From contig JBNJDT010000001.1 of the NCBI GenBank assembly GCA_051745145.1, positions 41,645-105,644 on the forward strand: a stretch of 64,000 nucleotides of DNA. Reading direction: 5' to 3'. Source of the stretch: Elusimicrobiota bacterium (lineage in GTDB: Bacteria > CG03 > SLGR01 > JAGXOG01). This document shows, piece by piece, positions 47,804 to 57,462 of the stretch (position 1 is its first letter; each line of letters starts with the position of its first letter). A program made the translations under genes and the position numbers. The notes below the pieces were generated by a model. It saw only the letters and a list, made by a program, of their open reading frames with translations, did not search any database and was not told the origin of the DNA.

Positions 47804-49405
47804 TCAACCGCTAATAAAAGAATAGGCCGAATGAAACTCTTCTACAGGCATCATCCTATAGGAAGGTCCCCCTTTCTCTGTTTCCGGTTCTTTCCAGTCA
47901 TGCTCTCCAAAAACCTCTTTATATACGAAATACTTTTTCCCCCCTACATCCTTATACCCTATTATAGCTACGCTATGAACGCTAATATCCAAGGGAACTC
48001 CGAAGTTTCTGTAAATAATTCCGGCCAGTACTATCCCCCGGGATTCTAAGGCATTTATTAAAGTTTTTTCATCGGCCCCCGTATTGGCAGAAAAAAGGAC
48101 TTCATAATCTTTTATTCCGGAAGGATTTCTATGAATATTGTATTCAAAATCTTTGATTACAGGATCCCGCAGCTGTCCGGGTTCCCACTCGGACGACAGG
48201 ACTTTAGCAAATCCTTCTAAAGAGCTATTCATAGGTTCTCCGGTAACATCGTCAGTAAAAAAAGGGATTTTTTTATATGCTCCCGCACCGCTTAAAGTTG
48301 CTTCGCTTCCCTTTAAACTGCTTTTAAGATCCTGGGCCTCCTTATACCACAATCTTGTTATAGGACAGGACGGTATTTCTTCTAAATTTAATTCGTCATC
48401 TTCTTCTAAAGGAGGCTGCTTGGCATATTGCTCCCGTTTTTTTTCTACAGCTCTTTTGTTATACAGAATTTCCAGAACCCGGGGGTTCATTCCCAATTCC
48501 TCTTCCCCCCTTAAATAACTGATATAAGAATTAAATTTATAAGGAGGAGAAGAATTTCTAATCTTAAACCAGTCTGAAATATATGAGGCGGCATAAGACA
48601 TGCATTTAGCGGAAACCGCACGGCTTCCCGGCATATAATTCCACTTAAGATCGTAGGCTTTATTTACGGAATTTATCCATGCTTTTTTTTCCTGTAAATT
48701 TTTGTAGGGTATCTTATCATACTCATCGATAAGAAAATCAGCAGTTTCGGGATTAACGGGAAAACCCCACTGACGGTTAACTGGCTTATTACCTATATAC
48801 TCTCTATCGGTTGACAAAAATAAAGCTATTGACCTTTTAATGGTATTGTCTTTTGCTATTCTGTCCGCTTCATAGATGGTCATGCCCACCCTGGTTAAAA
48901 AAGAGGGTTTATCAACAGAAATTAATTTAGGATAGTTGAAAAAGAATCTTCTTAATACCAGAGGAACGGAAACATTTTTTTTCCAGCGCGAGGGCTTGTA
49001 CATATCCTCACCCGCCCCCTCGGTCCTGTATCCCGGCCACTCTGTTATATTTTTACCGTCGGGCGTAATGTAAATCATATCCAAAAACTCATCGCCCGAC
49101 TTTAAAGGGACCTGGTAGCATATTAATTCTTCTTCTAATTTAACTTTCCGGGGAGTATCAACATTGTCCACCCTTTTATAAAAATCTTTAGCTTCTTTTT
49201 TAACTCTGTCGGGAATAGTGGGAAGGTTGGATTTACCGAGTTCATTACAAATTTCTAAAACCCGCTTTTCTATAAAATCGGTATCCGCTTTCAGGGGGGA
49301 GCTCAAAATCAGTAATAAAAAAATAACTATAACTTTTAACTTATATGATTTTTTTATTGATAAATTTACTGTCCAATTTTTAATCGATAAAAGCATAAGC
49401 TTCAT
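47804..49405 (-). CDS. Secreted protein with putative papain-like Cys-His site (paralog B); start uncertain
   Basis: Signal-like hydrophobic stretch ending LKA-D; KCMSYAASY and HSVAIIGY...YKEVFG; collinear with 49380-50984. Confidence 0.55.
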   Translation of the reverse strand: MKLMLLSIKNWTVNLSIKKSYKLKVIVIFLLLILSSPLKADTDFIEKRVLEICNELGKSNLPTIPDRVKKEAKDFYKRVDNVDTPRKVKLEEELICYQVPLKSGDEFLDMIYITPDGKNITEWPGYRTEGAGEDMYKPSRWKKNVSVPLVLRRFFFNYPKLISVDKPSFLTRVGMTIYEADRIAKDNTIKRSIALFLSTDREYIGNKPVNRQWGFPVNPETADFLIDEYDKIPYKNLQEKKAWINSVNKAYDLKWNYMPGSRAVSAKCMSYAASYISDWFKIRNSSPPYKFNSYISYLRGEEELGMNPRVLEILYNKRAVEKKREQYAKQPPLEEDDELNLEEIPSCPITRLWYKEAQDLKSSLKGSEATLSGAGAYKKIPFFTDDVTGEPMNSSLEGFAKVLSSEWEPGQLRDPVIKDFEYNIHRNPSGIKDYEVLFSANTGADEKTLINALESRGIVLAGIIYRNFGVPLDISVHSVAIIGYKDVGGKKYFVYKEVFGEHDWKEPETEKGGPSYRMMPVEEFHSAYSFISG

Positions 49406-50984
49406 TAAATTCTTCTATGGGCATCATCCTGTAAGAAGGTCCCCCCGCGGCGGTTTCCGGCTCGTTCCAATCATGCTCCCCAAAAACTTCTTTGTATATA
49501 AAATGTGTTTTTTCGCCTATATCTTTATAGCCTATTACGGCGGCGCTGTGAATGCTGTGTTCAAGGGGAAGCCCGAAAGTCCGGTATATAATTCCGGCAA
49601 GTATAATCCCTCTGTCTTCCAGGGCCTCTTTCATCACCTGTTCATTTGCCCCGGCATTAGAAGAAAAAAGTACCTCGTACTCTTTTATCCCGGAAGGATT
49701 TTTAAATATATTGTATTCAAAATCCCGTATGAGTTTATCCTGCAGTTCCTGTGATTCCCAATCCGAAGATAGTATTTCAGCATAAGTTTCAAGATTAGAA
49801 GTCATAACCTCTCCCGTTACGGAATCTTTAAAAAGATTAAGCCCACCAGTCCCAAAATCCCCGCTTTTAGCAAGCATGTTCTGTACCCGCTGTCTTGCTA
49901 AAACAGCTGCCATCTGTCCCAACGGACATATTTCCGGACCGGGGGGAACAACTTTTTTCCCTTCTTTTTCTGCCTGTTTAAGTTTTTCTTTTTCACTTTC
50001 CTGAGCTACCTCTGTAAATTTTTCTTCAATTTTTTGCTCGTTTTTCTTTATACGATCACCATACAATAATTCCAGTACCCGGGGATTCATGCCGGTCTCT
50101 TTTTCTCCCCTTAAGTAACTAATGTAATAGTTGAATTCATATGGCGGAGTTGAATTTTTAATTTTAAACCAATCTGAAATATACGAAGCAGCATAAGACA
50201 AACACTTTCCGGAGACTGCTCTTTCGCCGGGTAAATGATTCCAATTCAGGCCATAAGCTTTATTGACTTTATTTATCCATTCCTTTTTCTCCTGAAGGTT
50301 TTTATCGGGTATTTTATCATATTTATCTATTACAAAATCCGACCATTCCGGATTTACCGGATAACCCCATTGCCGGTTAAGAGGATAATCGCCCACTTTT
50401 TCAATTTCAGTATCAACAAGAAAAGGCCACAGTGCTTCAGGTGAAAAATCCCAGGCAGACTGTTCCCCCTCTTTGGAAGTACTCCCCACTCTCGGTAAAA
50501 AAGAAGGTTTATCGGACTTAATAAGTTTGGGATACTTAATTAAATCTTTACGGACAACTAAAGGTACGTCTGCAACTTTCTGCCAGCTCTTTTCGGTGTA
50601 AATTCCGCTGTCCAAAATATTTTCTCTGTACCCCGGCCATTCTGTAACATACTTTCCGTCGGGAGTTATATAAATCATGCCCAAAATATTATTGCCGGAT
50701 TTTAAAGGAACCTGGTAGCTTATTAATTCTTCTCCTAATAAAATTTCCCGGGGTGTAGCAACGCCATCTATTTTACTATAAAATTCTATTGTATTTTTTC
50801 TAAATTTTTCAGGTTTTTCAGGTATGGTTTCTGCTGAAGATTCTACAATTTTCTGACTTATATCCAAAACTTTTTCTTTAATAAAATCCCTATCTGCACC
50901 GCGTGCTAAAGAGTTTATACTAAATAATAAAATAATAATTAAAGTTTTAGATTTATGGTTATCTTTTATCAAAATATTTTTCAA
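49380..50984 (-). CDS. Secreted protein with putative papain-like Cys-His site (paralog A)
   Basis: Signal peptide; KCLSYAASY and HSAAVIGY...YKEVFG. Confidence 0.55.
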   Translation of the reverse strand: MKNILIKDNHKSKTLIIILLFSINSLARGADRDFIKEKVLDISQKIVESSAETIPEKPEKFRKNTIEFYSKIDGVATPREILLGEELISYQVPLKSGNNILGMIYITPDGKYVTEWPGYRENILDSGIYTEKSWQKVADVPLVVRKDLIKYPKLIKSDKPSFLPRVGSTSKEGEQSAWDFSPEALWPFLVDTEIEKVGDYPLNRQWGYPVNPEWSDFVIDKYDKIPDKNLQEKKEWINKVNKAYGLNWNHLPGERAVSGKCLSYAASYISDWFKIKNSTPPYEFNYYISYLRGEKETGMNPRVLELLYGDRIKKNEQKIEEKFTEVAQESEKEKLKQAEKEGKKVVPPGPEICPLGQMAAVLARQRVQNMLAKSGDFGTGGLNLFKDSVTGEVMTSNLETYAEILSSDWESQELQDKLIRDFEYNIFKNPSGIKEYEVLFSSNAGANEQVMKEALEDRGIILAGIIYRTFGLPLEHSIHSAAVIGYKDIGEKTHFIYKEVFGEHDWNEPETAAGGPSYRMMPIEEFNEAYAFID

Positions 50985-51097
50985 AAATTTTTCACCTGAG
51001 AAAGGATTGAAAATATGTCCCGGTATTTGTGAATCATCCTTTTAGACTAATATATTAAATGCGGAAAGAGAAATTTATAAAAATATAAATAACTTTA

Positions 51098-51547
51098 TTA
51101 CAGCTCCGGTATATCTCCGCCATCTCCCTCTTCATTTTCACTATCTCTGGGAGATTCCCAGCTCTCTTCGTGGTGCTCGTAAATTACAAAATCTCTCACC
51201 TGATTTGTTTCGCCAAGACTGGCTGTAACACTTATCTGTTCATCGGATCCTTGATAATTAGCTATAAGGGTGTATACCCGGGAAGGAGTCGATCCTATAG
51301 AAAAAGGTGCTTCCAGCTCCAATTCATAATTTCCGTCATTGTCACACTCGGCAACATTATCCGGTTCTGACTGAGCCCAGACTATTCCATCGGATGCCGG
51401 TCCATCAATTACAATAAGGTTTGTAGATGGATCTTTGTGTGCATCCCATACCTTACCTTCCAGCTTTACATTGTCGCTGGAACAACCTGCCCCTAAGAAT
51501 ATACCGCACAGTAATAAACAGAAGGTTTTAATGTGATTTTTATTCAT
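51098..51547 (-). CDS. Hypothetical lipoprotein (possible secretin pilotin/accessory)
   Basis: Lipobox GAGC; beta-rich domain with DGNYEL; lies after tadC. Confidence 0.65.
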   Translation of the reverse strand: MNKNHIKTFCLLLCGIFLGAGCSSDNVKLEGKVWDAHKDPSTNLIVIDGPASDGIVWAQSEPDNVAECDNDGNYELELEAPFSIGSTPSRVYTLIANYQGSDEQISVTASLGETNQVRDFVIYEHHEESWESPRDSENEEGDGGDIPEL

Positions 51548-51552
51548 AACTG

Positions 51553-51735
51553 TTATTCCTCTTCTTCTTCTTGAACATTGAGATAATTAACTATTTGATC
51601 TAATTTAACCAATATTCTGGTGACCTGCCCTAACAACAGTATCACCATTACAGTTAAAAAACATAAAATCCCTATTCCCCATAACTGAATTTGCTGTATA
51701 ACCATATATAATTCTTCCATCACAACTGTACCCAT
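51553..51735 (-). CDS. Small single-pass membrane protein
   Basis: AGGAGG SD, one TM helix, acidic tail, in operon. Confidence 0.6.
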   Translation of the reverse strand: MGTVVMEELYMVIQQIQLWGIGILCFLTVMVILLLGQVTRILVKLDQIVNYLNVQEEEEE

Positions 51736-51753
51736 AATATCCTCCTTTTAAAG

Positions 51754-52656
51754 TTATAATCCTCCACCAGTAACAAATTGTAAAGCTATTGGACCAAACA
51801 AAATTAGAAAAACGGTTGGAAATATAAACACCAGCAAAGGAAACAACATCTTTATTGGAGCCTCTGCCGCCAGTTTCTCTGCTCTTTGAAACCGCTCGGC
51901 TCTCATTTGTTCGGCCTGCCTTCTTACAATAGGTCCTATACTTGAACCTAACCTTAAAGCCTGCACTAAAGAATTCAAAACTGAATCAAGTTCAGCTATC
52001 TGCAGCCTATTTGACATATCCTTTAAGGCCCTCTCCCTTGATTTCCCCAAACTTACTTCTTTTTGCATACGCTGAAACTCATCTAACAGGGCGTTAGGTT
52101 CAGACTTCTCAATAATTCTGTTTATTGAAGCGCTAAAGTCAAGTCCTGCTTCAACAGAAAGAGTCATCAGATCAAGAACGTCGGGCAAAGCCAGAAAGAT
52201 CTCTTTCTTATATTGTTTAATTTTACCTTTAAGACGAAATTCCGGAAAATAAAAACCGGCGCCCATACTGAGTAGAACAATAACAGCATTGTTTGAAATA
52301 AAAAGCCCCACCACTAAAAGCATAGCAATTGACAACATAATCTGACCGGCTATAAATTCATCCGGCGCTACCTGGCCCGGATCGCCGGATTGTATAAACA
52401 GATTTTCGATTTTATCTCTTCTGTCATCTAAATAATCCCATTCAATTCTGGATACCCATTCCCCCACTCTACCTCTAAATTGCATGAGTAAGTGGGTTAA
52501 AGGTTCTTTTTCTTTCTTTTCTTTCTCTTCCTCAGTCTCTTTTTCTTTGTCGGAGAGTCTGTCCCTTACTGCCTGTCCTGCGCCCTGTGAAGAAAAAGCT
52601 GTAATTAAAAGAAAGATAATACCTACAACTAAAATTATAATTAATATTAAAAACAT
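51754..52656 (-). CDS. tadC: Tad inner-membrane platform protein TadC
   Basis: LPDVLDLMTLSVEAGL, G.SR..AL, AEKLA...PIKMLFPLLVFIFP. Confidence 0.92.
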   Translation of the reverse strand: MFLILIIILVVGIIFLLITAFSSQGAGQAVRDRLSDKEKETEEEKEKKEKEPLTHLLMQFRGRVGEWVSRIEWDYLDDRRDKIENLFIQSGDPGQVAPDEFIAGQIMLSIAMLLVVGLFISNNAVIVLLSMGAGFYFPEFRLKGKIKQYKKEIFLALPDVLDLMTLSVEAGLDFSASINRIIEKSEPNALLDEFQRMQKEVSLGKSRERALKDMSNRLQIAELDSVLNSLVQALRLGSSIGPIVRRQAEQMRAERFQRAEKLAAEAPIKMLFPLLVFIFPTVFLILFGPIALQFVTGGGL

Positions 52657-52659
52657 ATC

Positions 52660-53535
52660 TTATACCTCAATGTTTATTATTTTCGAAATTACAAACCAGC
52701 CCATAGCTACCATGATAATTACCACAGTTATTAAAACGTTTCCTACTATTGTATTAAATAATGGTTCCATTAGTTCAGGATCCAGCATATTTAAAACTAT
52801 CATTAATAAAAAAGGACAGGCAGCAACAACTAAACCTGACAAACGGCCCTGGGAAGTCAGAGCATCAACTTTTCCTTTAAGTTTCTGCCGGGCCCTCATG
52901 GTATCGGCAATCCGGGAAAGTATTTCTCCGAGATTACCGCCGGTTTCCCGGGATATGTTTATAGCCGTTACCGTCATTCTAAGCTGTTCGGATTCCACTC
53001 TTTCAGTAGTATTTTCCAAGGCTTCTGACATGGAAACTCCAAGTTTAAATTCCCTTAATGTCTCACCAAAAATTTCAGACAGCGGTTCTTTGGATTCAGT
53101 TACCATAAGTTCTAAAGCCTGCGGAAAACTTGAACCGGAAGTCAAAGCATTTGTAATAAGAGAAAGTCCATCAATAAACTGCTGATCAAATTTATCCATA
53201 TATTTTTTATATAGATAATTACTGACCATCCCCGGTATAAAAGTCCCCCCTATTCCAAAAACAACTGTCCAGTAAAGTCTTCCAAGTACAATAAAAGTTA
53301 TCAGAGCCACCACACCTCCGGCACCTACTTTTATCAACCGGGATATAGTGCTCCTGGGCTCTTCCCTTAATTTGTCCAATACCCAATCAGTAGGGGTTTT
53401 TCCTTTTTCTCTTTCTTCGCTTTCCTTTTTAGCTTCTTCTTTAACTTTATCAAAATAACTGTTTAAGAAAAGAACTAATTGAACTATTCCGAAAAAAAGA
53501 ACCGCCAGTATTAAAATCTTTATTATATTAAACAT
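52660..53535 (-). CDS. tadB: Tad inner-membrane platform protein TadB
   Basis: FDQQFIDGL......L.SG.SFPQAL, ETGGNLGEIL, ALTSQGRLS. Confidence 0.92.
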   Translation of the reverse strand: MFNIIKILILAVLFFGIVQLVLFLNSYFDKVKEEAKKESEEREKGKTPTDWVLDKLREEPRSTISRLIKVGAGGVVALITFIVLGRLYWTVVFGIGGTFIPGMVSNYLYKKYMDKFDQQFIDGLSLITNALTSGSSFPQALELMVTESKEPLSEIFGETLREFKLGVSMSEALENTTERVESEQLRMTVTAINISRETGGNLGEILSRIADTMRARQKLKGKVDALTSQGRLSGLVVAACPFLLMIVLNMLDPELMEPLFNTIVGNVLITVVIIMVAMGWFVISKIINIEV

Positions 53536-53536
53536 A

Positions 53537-56470
53537 TTATATTAATTCCTCTGCACTAATATTTTCAACATTATCGTCATCATCCGGATTTTCAGGTTGT
53601 TTTGAATCCCTCTCCTTTTCTTTCTCTTCTTTCTTTTTTGATGTATCTTCTGACTCTTTCTGTATCTCAATTTTTTCTCCACAAGAAGGACAAAATTTGG
53701 CCTTGACAGGAATAGAATCGCCGCAGGAGGGACAAATTTTTTCTCCCGCTTTTGTCGCTGATTTTTCTTCCTGCCGTGGTTCACCGGAATCCTTTTCTAT
53801 TGGTTCGTCTTTACTCGGTTCAGACGGTTCATTAACCTTTTGTATAGTTTCACTCTCACTTTTTTCCAAGCTACCTTTTTCTTTGTCATCCCCCTGTTTT
53901 TTATCCTCATCCTCTGGAGACTCTTCTTTTATATCATCCGAACCCCAATCCAATCCCCCCGGCTGCGGGGTTTCCTTTTCAACTTCAGCGGGTTCTTCAA
54001 TAGCTTCTTCTTTTACTTCAGTTGTTTCTACCTTCTTATTATCCTCTTCTTCTTCAGGACTCGAGATTTCTTTTTCAGCTTCCTCTTCCGGTTTAGAAAC
54101 TTCTTTTTCTTCTTCAGATTCATCAGATATTTTTTCGGTTTCTTCTTCAGTTTCCGGAAAATCGTCGGACTCCACTTTAATGCTTTCCGGCTCTTCTTCT
54201 TTGGTCTCTTTTTCTTCAGCTTTTTCCGGTTCCTGGTCTTCTTCATCATCAATCAGACCAATCTGCCGTTTTTCCGCATCCGTTAAAATTTCCGGACCGG
54301 TTTCCTGGGGTTTTTCTTTAAAAATATCAAAATCCAGCTCAATTCCCTGAGCAATTATTTCATCTTTAAAAGTTGGTTCTCTGCCGTAAGCCTTAAACAC
54401 ACCTTCTACAGTGCCGTCTTCAGCTATACCAGTCTGTTCATATGCCATAAGTTTAGTAAGGGAAATCTGATCCACATCCAGATCAACCACATCACAAATA
54501 TTACAGCATTTTCTGGTACCATCGCTGTACCTGGAAGTCTGTACAATAAGATCAACAGCGGCAAATATCTGTTCCATTATAGCTTTTCGGGGCAGTTCAA
54601 CTCCGGCCATTAATACTAGAGTATTCAGTCGGGATATCACATCCTGCGGGGAGTTAGCATGAACAGTTGTAAGAGACCCGTCATGTCCGGTATTCATAGC
54701 CTGCAACATATCCAGGGCTTCTCCGCCACGACATTCACCCACTACAATTCTGTCGGGGCGCATTCTCAAACTGTTAATTATAAGCTGCCTTATAGTAACT
54801 TCCCCTTCTCCCTCCGGGTTAGGCGGTTTTGTCTCCAGCCGGACCCAGTGGTCCTGGGGCAGCTGCAATTCAGCGGAATCCTCAATAGTAACAATCCGCT
54901 CATCCTCGGGTATAAAACTGGATACGATATTTAATAAAGTCGTTTTTCCGGAACCTGTTCCTCCCATTACAACAATATTTTTTCTTAACCTTACAGCGGC
55001 TGCTAAAAACTGTTCCATTTCTCTGGTCATGGAGCCAAAACTTATAAGATCTTTAGTAGTTAATTTCTCTTCTTCAAAAAGCCTTATTGTTACGGTGGGT
55101 CCACTTAAAGCCAAAGGCGGAATAATTGCATTTACACGGGAGCCGTCTTCCAGACGACCGTCGACCATCGGAGACGACTCGTCAATTCTTCTTCCCAGAG
55201 GTGCAACTATTCTGTCTATTATAGTCATCAACTGATCTCTATCTAAAAACTCGGCGTCCGAGAGCTGTAAATGGCCTTCTTTTTCAACATATACAGTCTC
55301 TTCATCATTTACCATTATTTCAGTAATTTCCGGATCAGCTAAAAGTTCTTCCAAGGGTCCAAGAGCCACCGCTTCATTATAAATTTCCTCGAAAACTACT
55401 TTTCGAGTTTCTCTATCTGTTATAAAAGATGCTTCTTCCCCCATGAGTTTTCTTATCCGTTCGCTTACCATAGATTTAAACCTCTGTTTTTCTTCTTCGC
55501 TTTTCGAGGTTAAATCTATATCTTCGGTATCAAGTTCTCTAACCAGACGGCGATGAACAGTCTTTTTAAGCTCATCAATTTTTTTCTGCTCCGCCTCTTC
55601 ATCACTGATTTTTTTAGCTTCCCTATCTTCCGGAGTTTCATCACCCCATTTATGCTCCGGGATTCCGGTTATATTAAAAATACCCGCCCTTTTTTCACGA
55701 AAATATTTTTTATTCTCATCATTCAAATACCTGCCCAATTCTCTGACCTCTTTAGAGTACGCTCCTCTGGGGGCAAATGTCACTGCGGGCTCAGAATGAT
55801 TAATTGAAGCCAGGACAGACGAGGGGTCATGAGGTAATTTCCAGAACAGATCCTGCTTTAGCTTACTGGAGAAAAATCTTTTTATCTCATTGTCTTCCAA
55901 TCCGCCCTCCAAACCGGATTCATTTAAAATAAACTTTATCATCTGGGGCGGGTAATTTTTTTGCTGTATTTTTTCCATATATTTTTCGGCTGATACAAGT
56001 GAAAGAAAATCCGGTTTTACCATTACAAACATAAGTTGTGAGTTATCCATTATGGCTAAAAACCGGTCATCTTCAACATATTCCTTTAAATTTAGAATTA
56101 TATAGTCATAGTTAAACTTTAATGCCTGTAGTACCGAACCGATATTTTCGGGAGTTAAATTTCCCGCAGTCGGTTCATCAAGCCCGGTAATAACTTCAAT
56201 TCCGGAAGAATGTTCAGGAAGAAAACCTTTTACAATCTGCGGTTCTATTACCGGGAATTGCAGTATCATCTGCTCCATAGATTTTGGGGTTTCGAATCCT
56301 ACCAGAGACGGCACATGTTGATTCACGGGGTTGTCAAGAGCCACATCTAAAAGAGCTACTTTCCCTTTACTTTCCTGCAAAAGAGCTACGGCTAAATTTA
56401 AAGATAATGTTGACTGCCCGTTGCCCCCGCGGGAATTCAGTACTGTTATAATTTGGGCTTTCTTAGCCAT
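53537..56470 (-). CDS. cpaF: Fusion protein: TadZ/CpaE (ParA-like), TadA/CpaF ATPase, acidic linker and double zinc ribbon
   Basis: N-terminal RGGNGQST...VALLD; LGPLEELLADPEITEIMVN, GGTGSGKTT, TIEDSAEL, LRMRPDRIVVGECRG, MNTGHDGS; Glu-rich tail; CPSC...FCPSCG. Confidence 0.88.
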   Translation of the reverse strand: MAKKAQIITVLNSRGGNGQSTLSLNLAVALLQESKGKVALLDVALDNPVNQHVPSLVGFETPKSMEQMILQFPVIEPQIVKGFLPEHSSGIEVITGLDEPTAGNLTPENIGSVLQALKFNYDYIILNLKEYVEDDRFLAIMDNSQLMFVMVKPDFLSLVSAEKYMEKIQQKNYPPQMIKFILNESGLEGGLEDNEIKRFFSSKLKQDLFWKLPHDPSSVLASINHSEPAVTFAPRGAYSKEVRELGRYLNDENKKYFREKRAGIFNITGIPEHKWGDETPEDREAKKISDEEAEQKKIDELKKTVHRRLVRELDTEDIDLTSKSEEEKQRFKSMVSERIRKLMGEEASFITDRETRKVVFEEIYNEAVALGPLEELLADPEITEIMVNDEETVYVEKEGHLQLSDAEFLDRDQLMTIIDRIVAPLGRRIDESSPMVDGRLEDGSRVNAIIPPLALSGPTVTIRLFEEEKLTTKDLISFGSMTREMEQFLAAAVRLRKNIVVMGGTGSGKTTLLNIVSSFIPEDERIVTIEDSAELQLPQDHWVRLETKPPNPEGEGEVTIRQLIINSLRMRPDRIVVGECRGGEALDMLQAMNTGHDGSLTTVHANSPQDVISRLNTLVLMAGVELPRKAIMEQIFAAVDLIVQTSRYSDGTRKCCNICDVVDLDVDQISLTKLMAYEQTGIAEDGTVEGVFKAYGREPTFKDEIIAQGIELDFDIFKEKPQETGPEILTDAEKRQIGLIDDEEDQEPEKAEEKETKEEEPESIKVESDDFPETEEETEKISDESEEEKEVSKPEEEAEKEISSPEEEEDNKKVETTEVKEEAIEEPAEVEKETPQPGGLDWGSDDIKEESPEDEDKKQGDDKEKGSLEKSESETIQKVNEPSEPSKDEPIEKDSGEPRQEEKSATKAGEKICPSCGDSIPVKAKFCPSCGEKIEIQKESEDTSKKKEEKEKERDSKQPENPDDDDNVENISAEELI

Positions 56471-57459
56471 TAGTCATGAAACTTTGGAGTCATAAATACC
56501 GTAACTTCAGTTTCCTTATCATCGGTAGATTCGAACTTAAAAATATTTCCCAGGATGGGAATTTTAGAAAGTACGGGGATTCCTTTGCTTGTTGTTTTTT
56601 CTTCTAGCTGCTTTAAGCCGGAAAGGACAATAGTATCCCCGTCGTCGACTTGCACACTTGTTTCGGTGTTTCTGGAAGCTATAGCCGGTATAGTATATCC
56701 ATCTATTACTACGGCGTTGTCATGGTCTATAGTACTGGCCTCTACAGTTAAATCCACATCTATTAATTCACGCTTTTTATCACCTTCCGGTTTTATATAT
56801 AATGTCACGCCGTATTCCTTATATTGAATAGCTATATTACCATCCCCCTGGGGCACGGGAATAGGAAGTTCACCCCCTACTAAAAAATCGGCTTCCCCGC
56901 CGGAGCGGGCGACAAGCTTAGGCTTGGCCAAAATTCTGCCATACCCTTCTTCTACAGCAGCATTTAACGCTGCTGTTAACTTATCCAGCCTTTGAAGGGT
57001 ACCCAGCTTTACTATACCCGGCACGCTGCCCTCTTCAAATGAAATCCGTTCGACCCATTCAATTCCTAAATCCAGAAGTTCGCCGGTCTTTACTTCAATT
57101 ACCTGGCACTGGATTTCTATAAGGTCCGCAGGTACAAGAGATTTAGAAACTTCTACGGAAAACGAATCTCGCATAACATCAGCACTATCCCATACCTGTA
57201 TGGTCGTAACTCCGCCGGCTATTCCGTTTACCAGAAACTCGGTGCCGGTTCGAACCTTTATATCGGCAACTTCCGGATCACCTACAGCTATATCCTTTAT
57301 CCTGTAATCTGTCTCCACCACCCGGGTTTCACCCTCGGCCAGCCGGAAAGGTTTAATCGATCCGTCATCATCATCTTCCGCAGCTCTAGATATAACTGTC
57401 AGGGAGAATATTACAGCTAACCCAAACAATATTACAGAAAAATGTTTTTTAATTTTCAT
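56470..57459 (-). CDS. cpaC: Tad secretin RcpA/CpaC
   Basis: Signal peptide, IAVGDPEVAD N-domain, ILAKPKL...SG.EA.FLVGGELP, YKEYGV, GIPVLSKIPILG.IF, FMTP. Confidence 0.9.
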   Translation of the reverse strand: MKIKKHFSVILFGLAVIFSLTVISRAAEDDDDGSIKPFRLAEGETRVVETDYRIKDIAVGDPEVADIKVRTGTEFLVNGIAGGVTTIQVWDSADVMRDSFSVEVSKSLVPADLIEIQCQVIEVKTGELLDLGIEWVERISFEEGSVPGIVKLGTLQRLDKLTAALNAAVEEGYGRILAKPKLVARSGGEADFLVGGELPIPVPQGDGNIAIQYKEYGVTLYIKPEGDKKRELIDVDLTVEASTIDHDNAVVIDGYTIPAIASRNTETSVQVDDGDTIVLSGLKQLEEKTTSKGIPVLSKIPILGNIFKFESTDDKETEVTVFMTPKFHD

Positions 57460-57462
57460 TTT

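Noticed and set aside
52484..54350. Long plus-strand ORFs (233, 217 and 148 aa)
   Set aside because: Antisense shadows of tadB/tadC and of the Glu-rich tail, with Ser/Phe-rich composition. The same applies to the other short antisense ORFs in the track.
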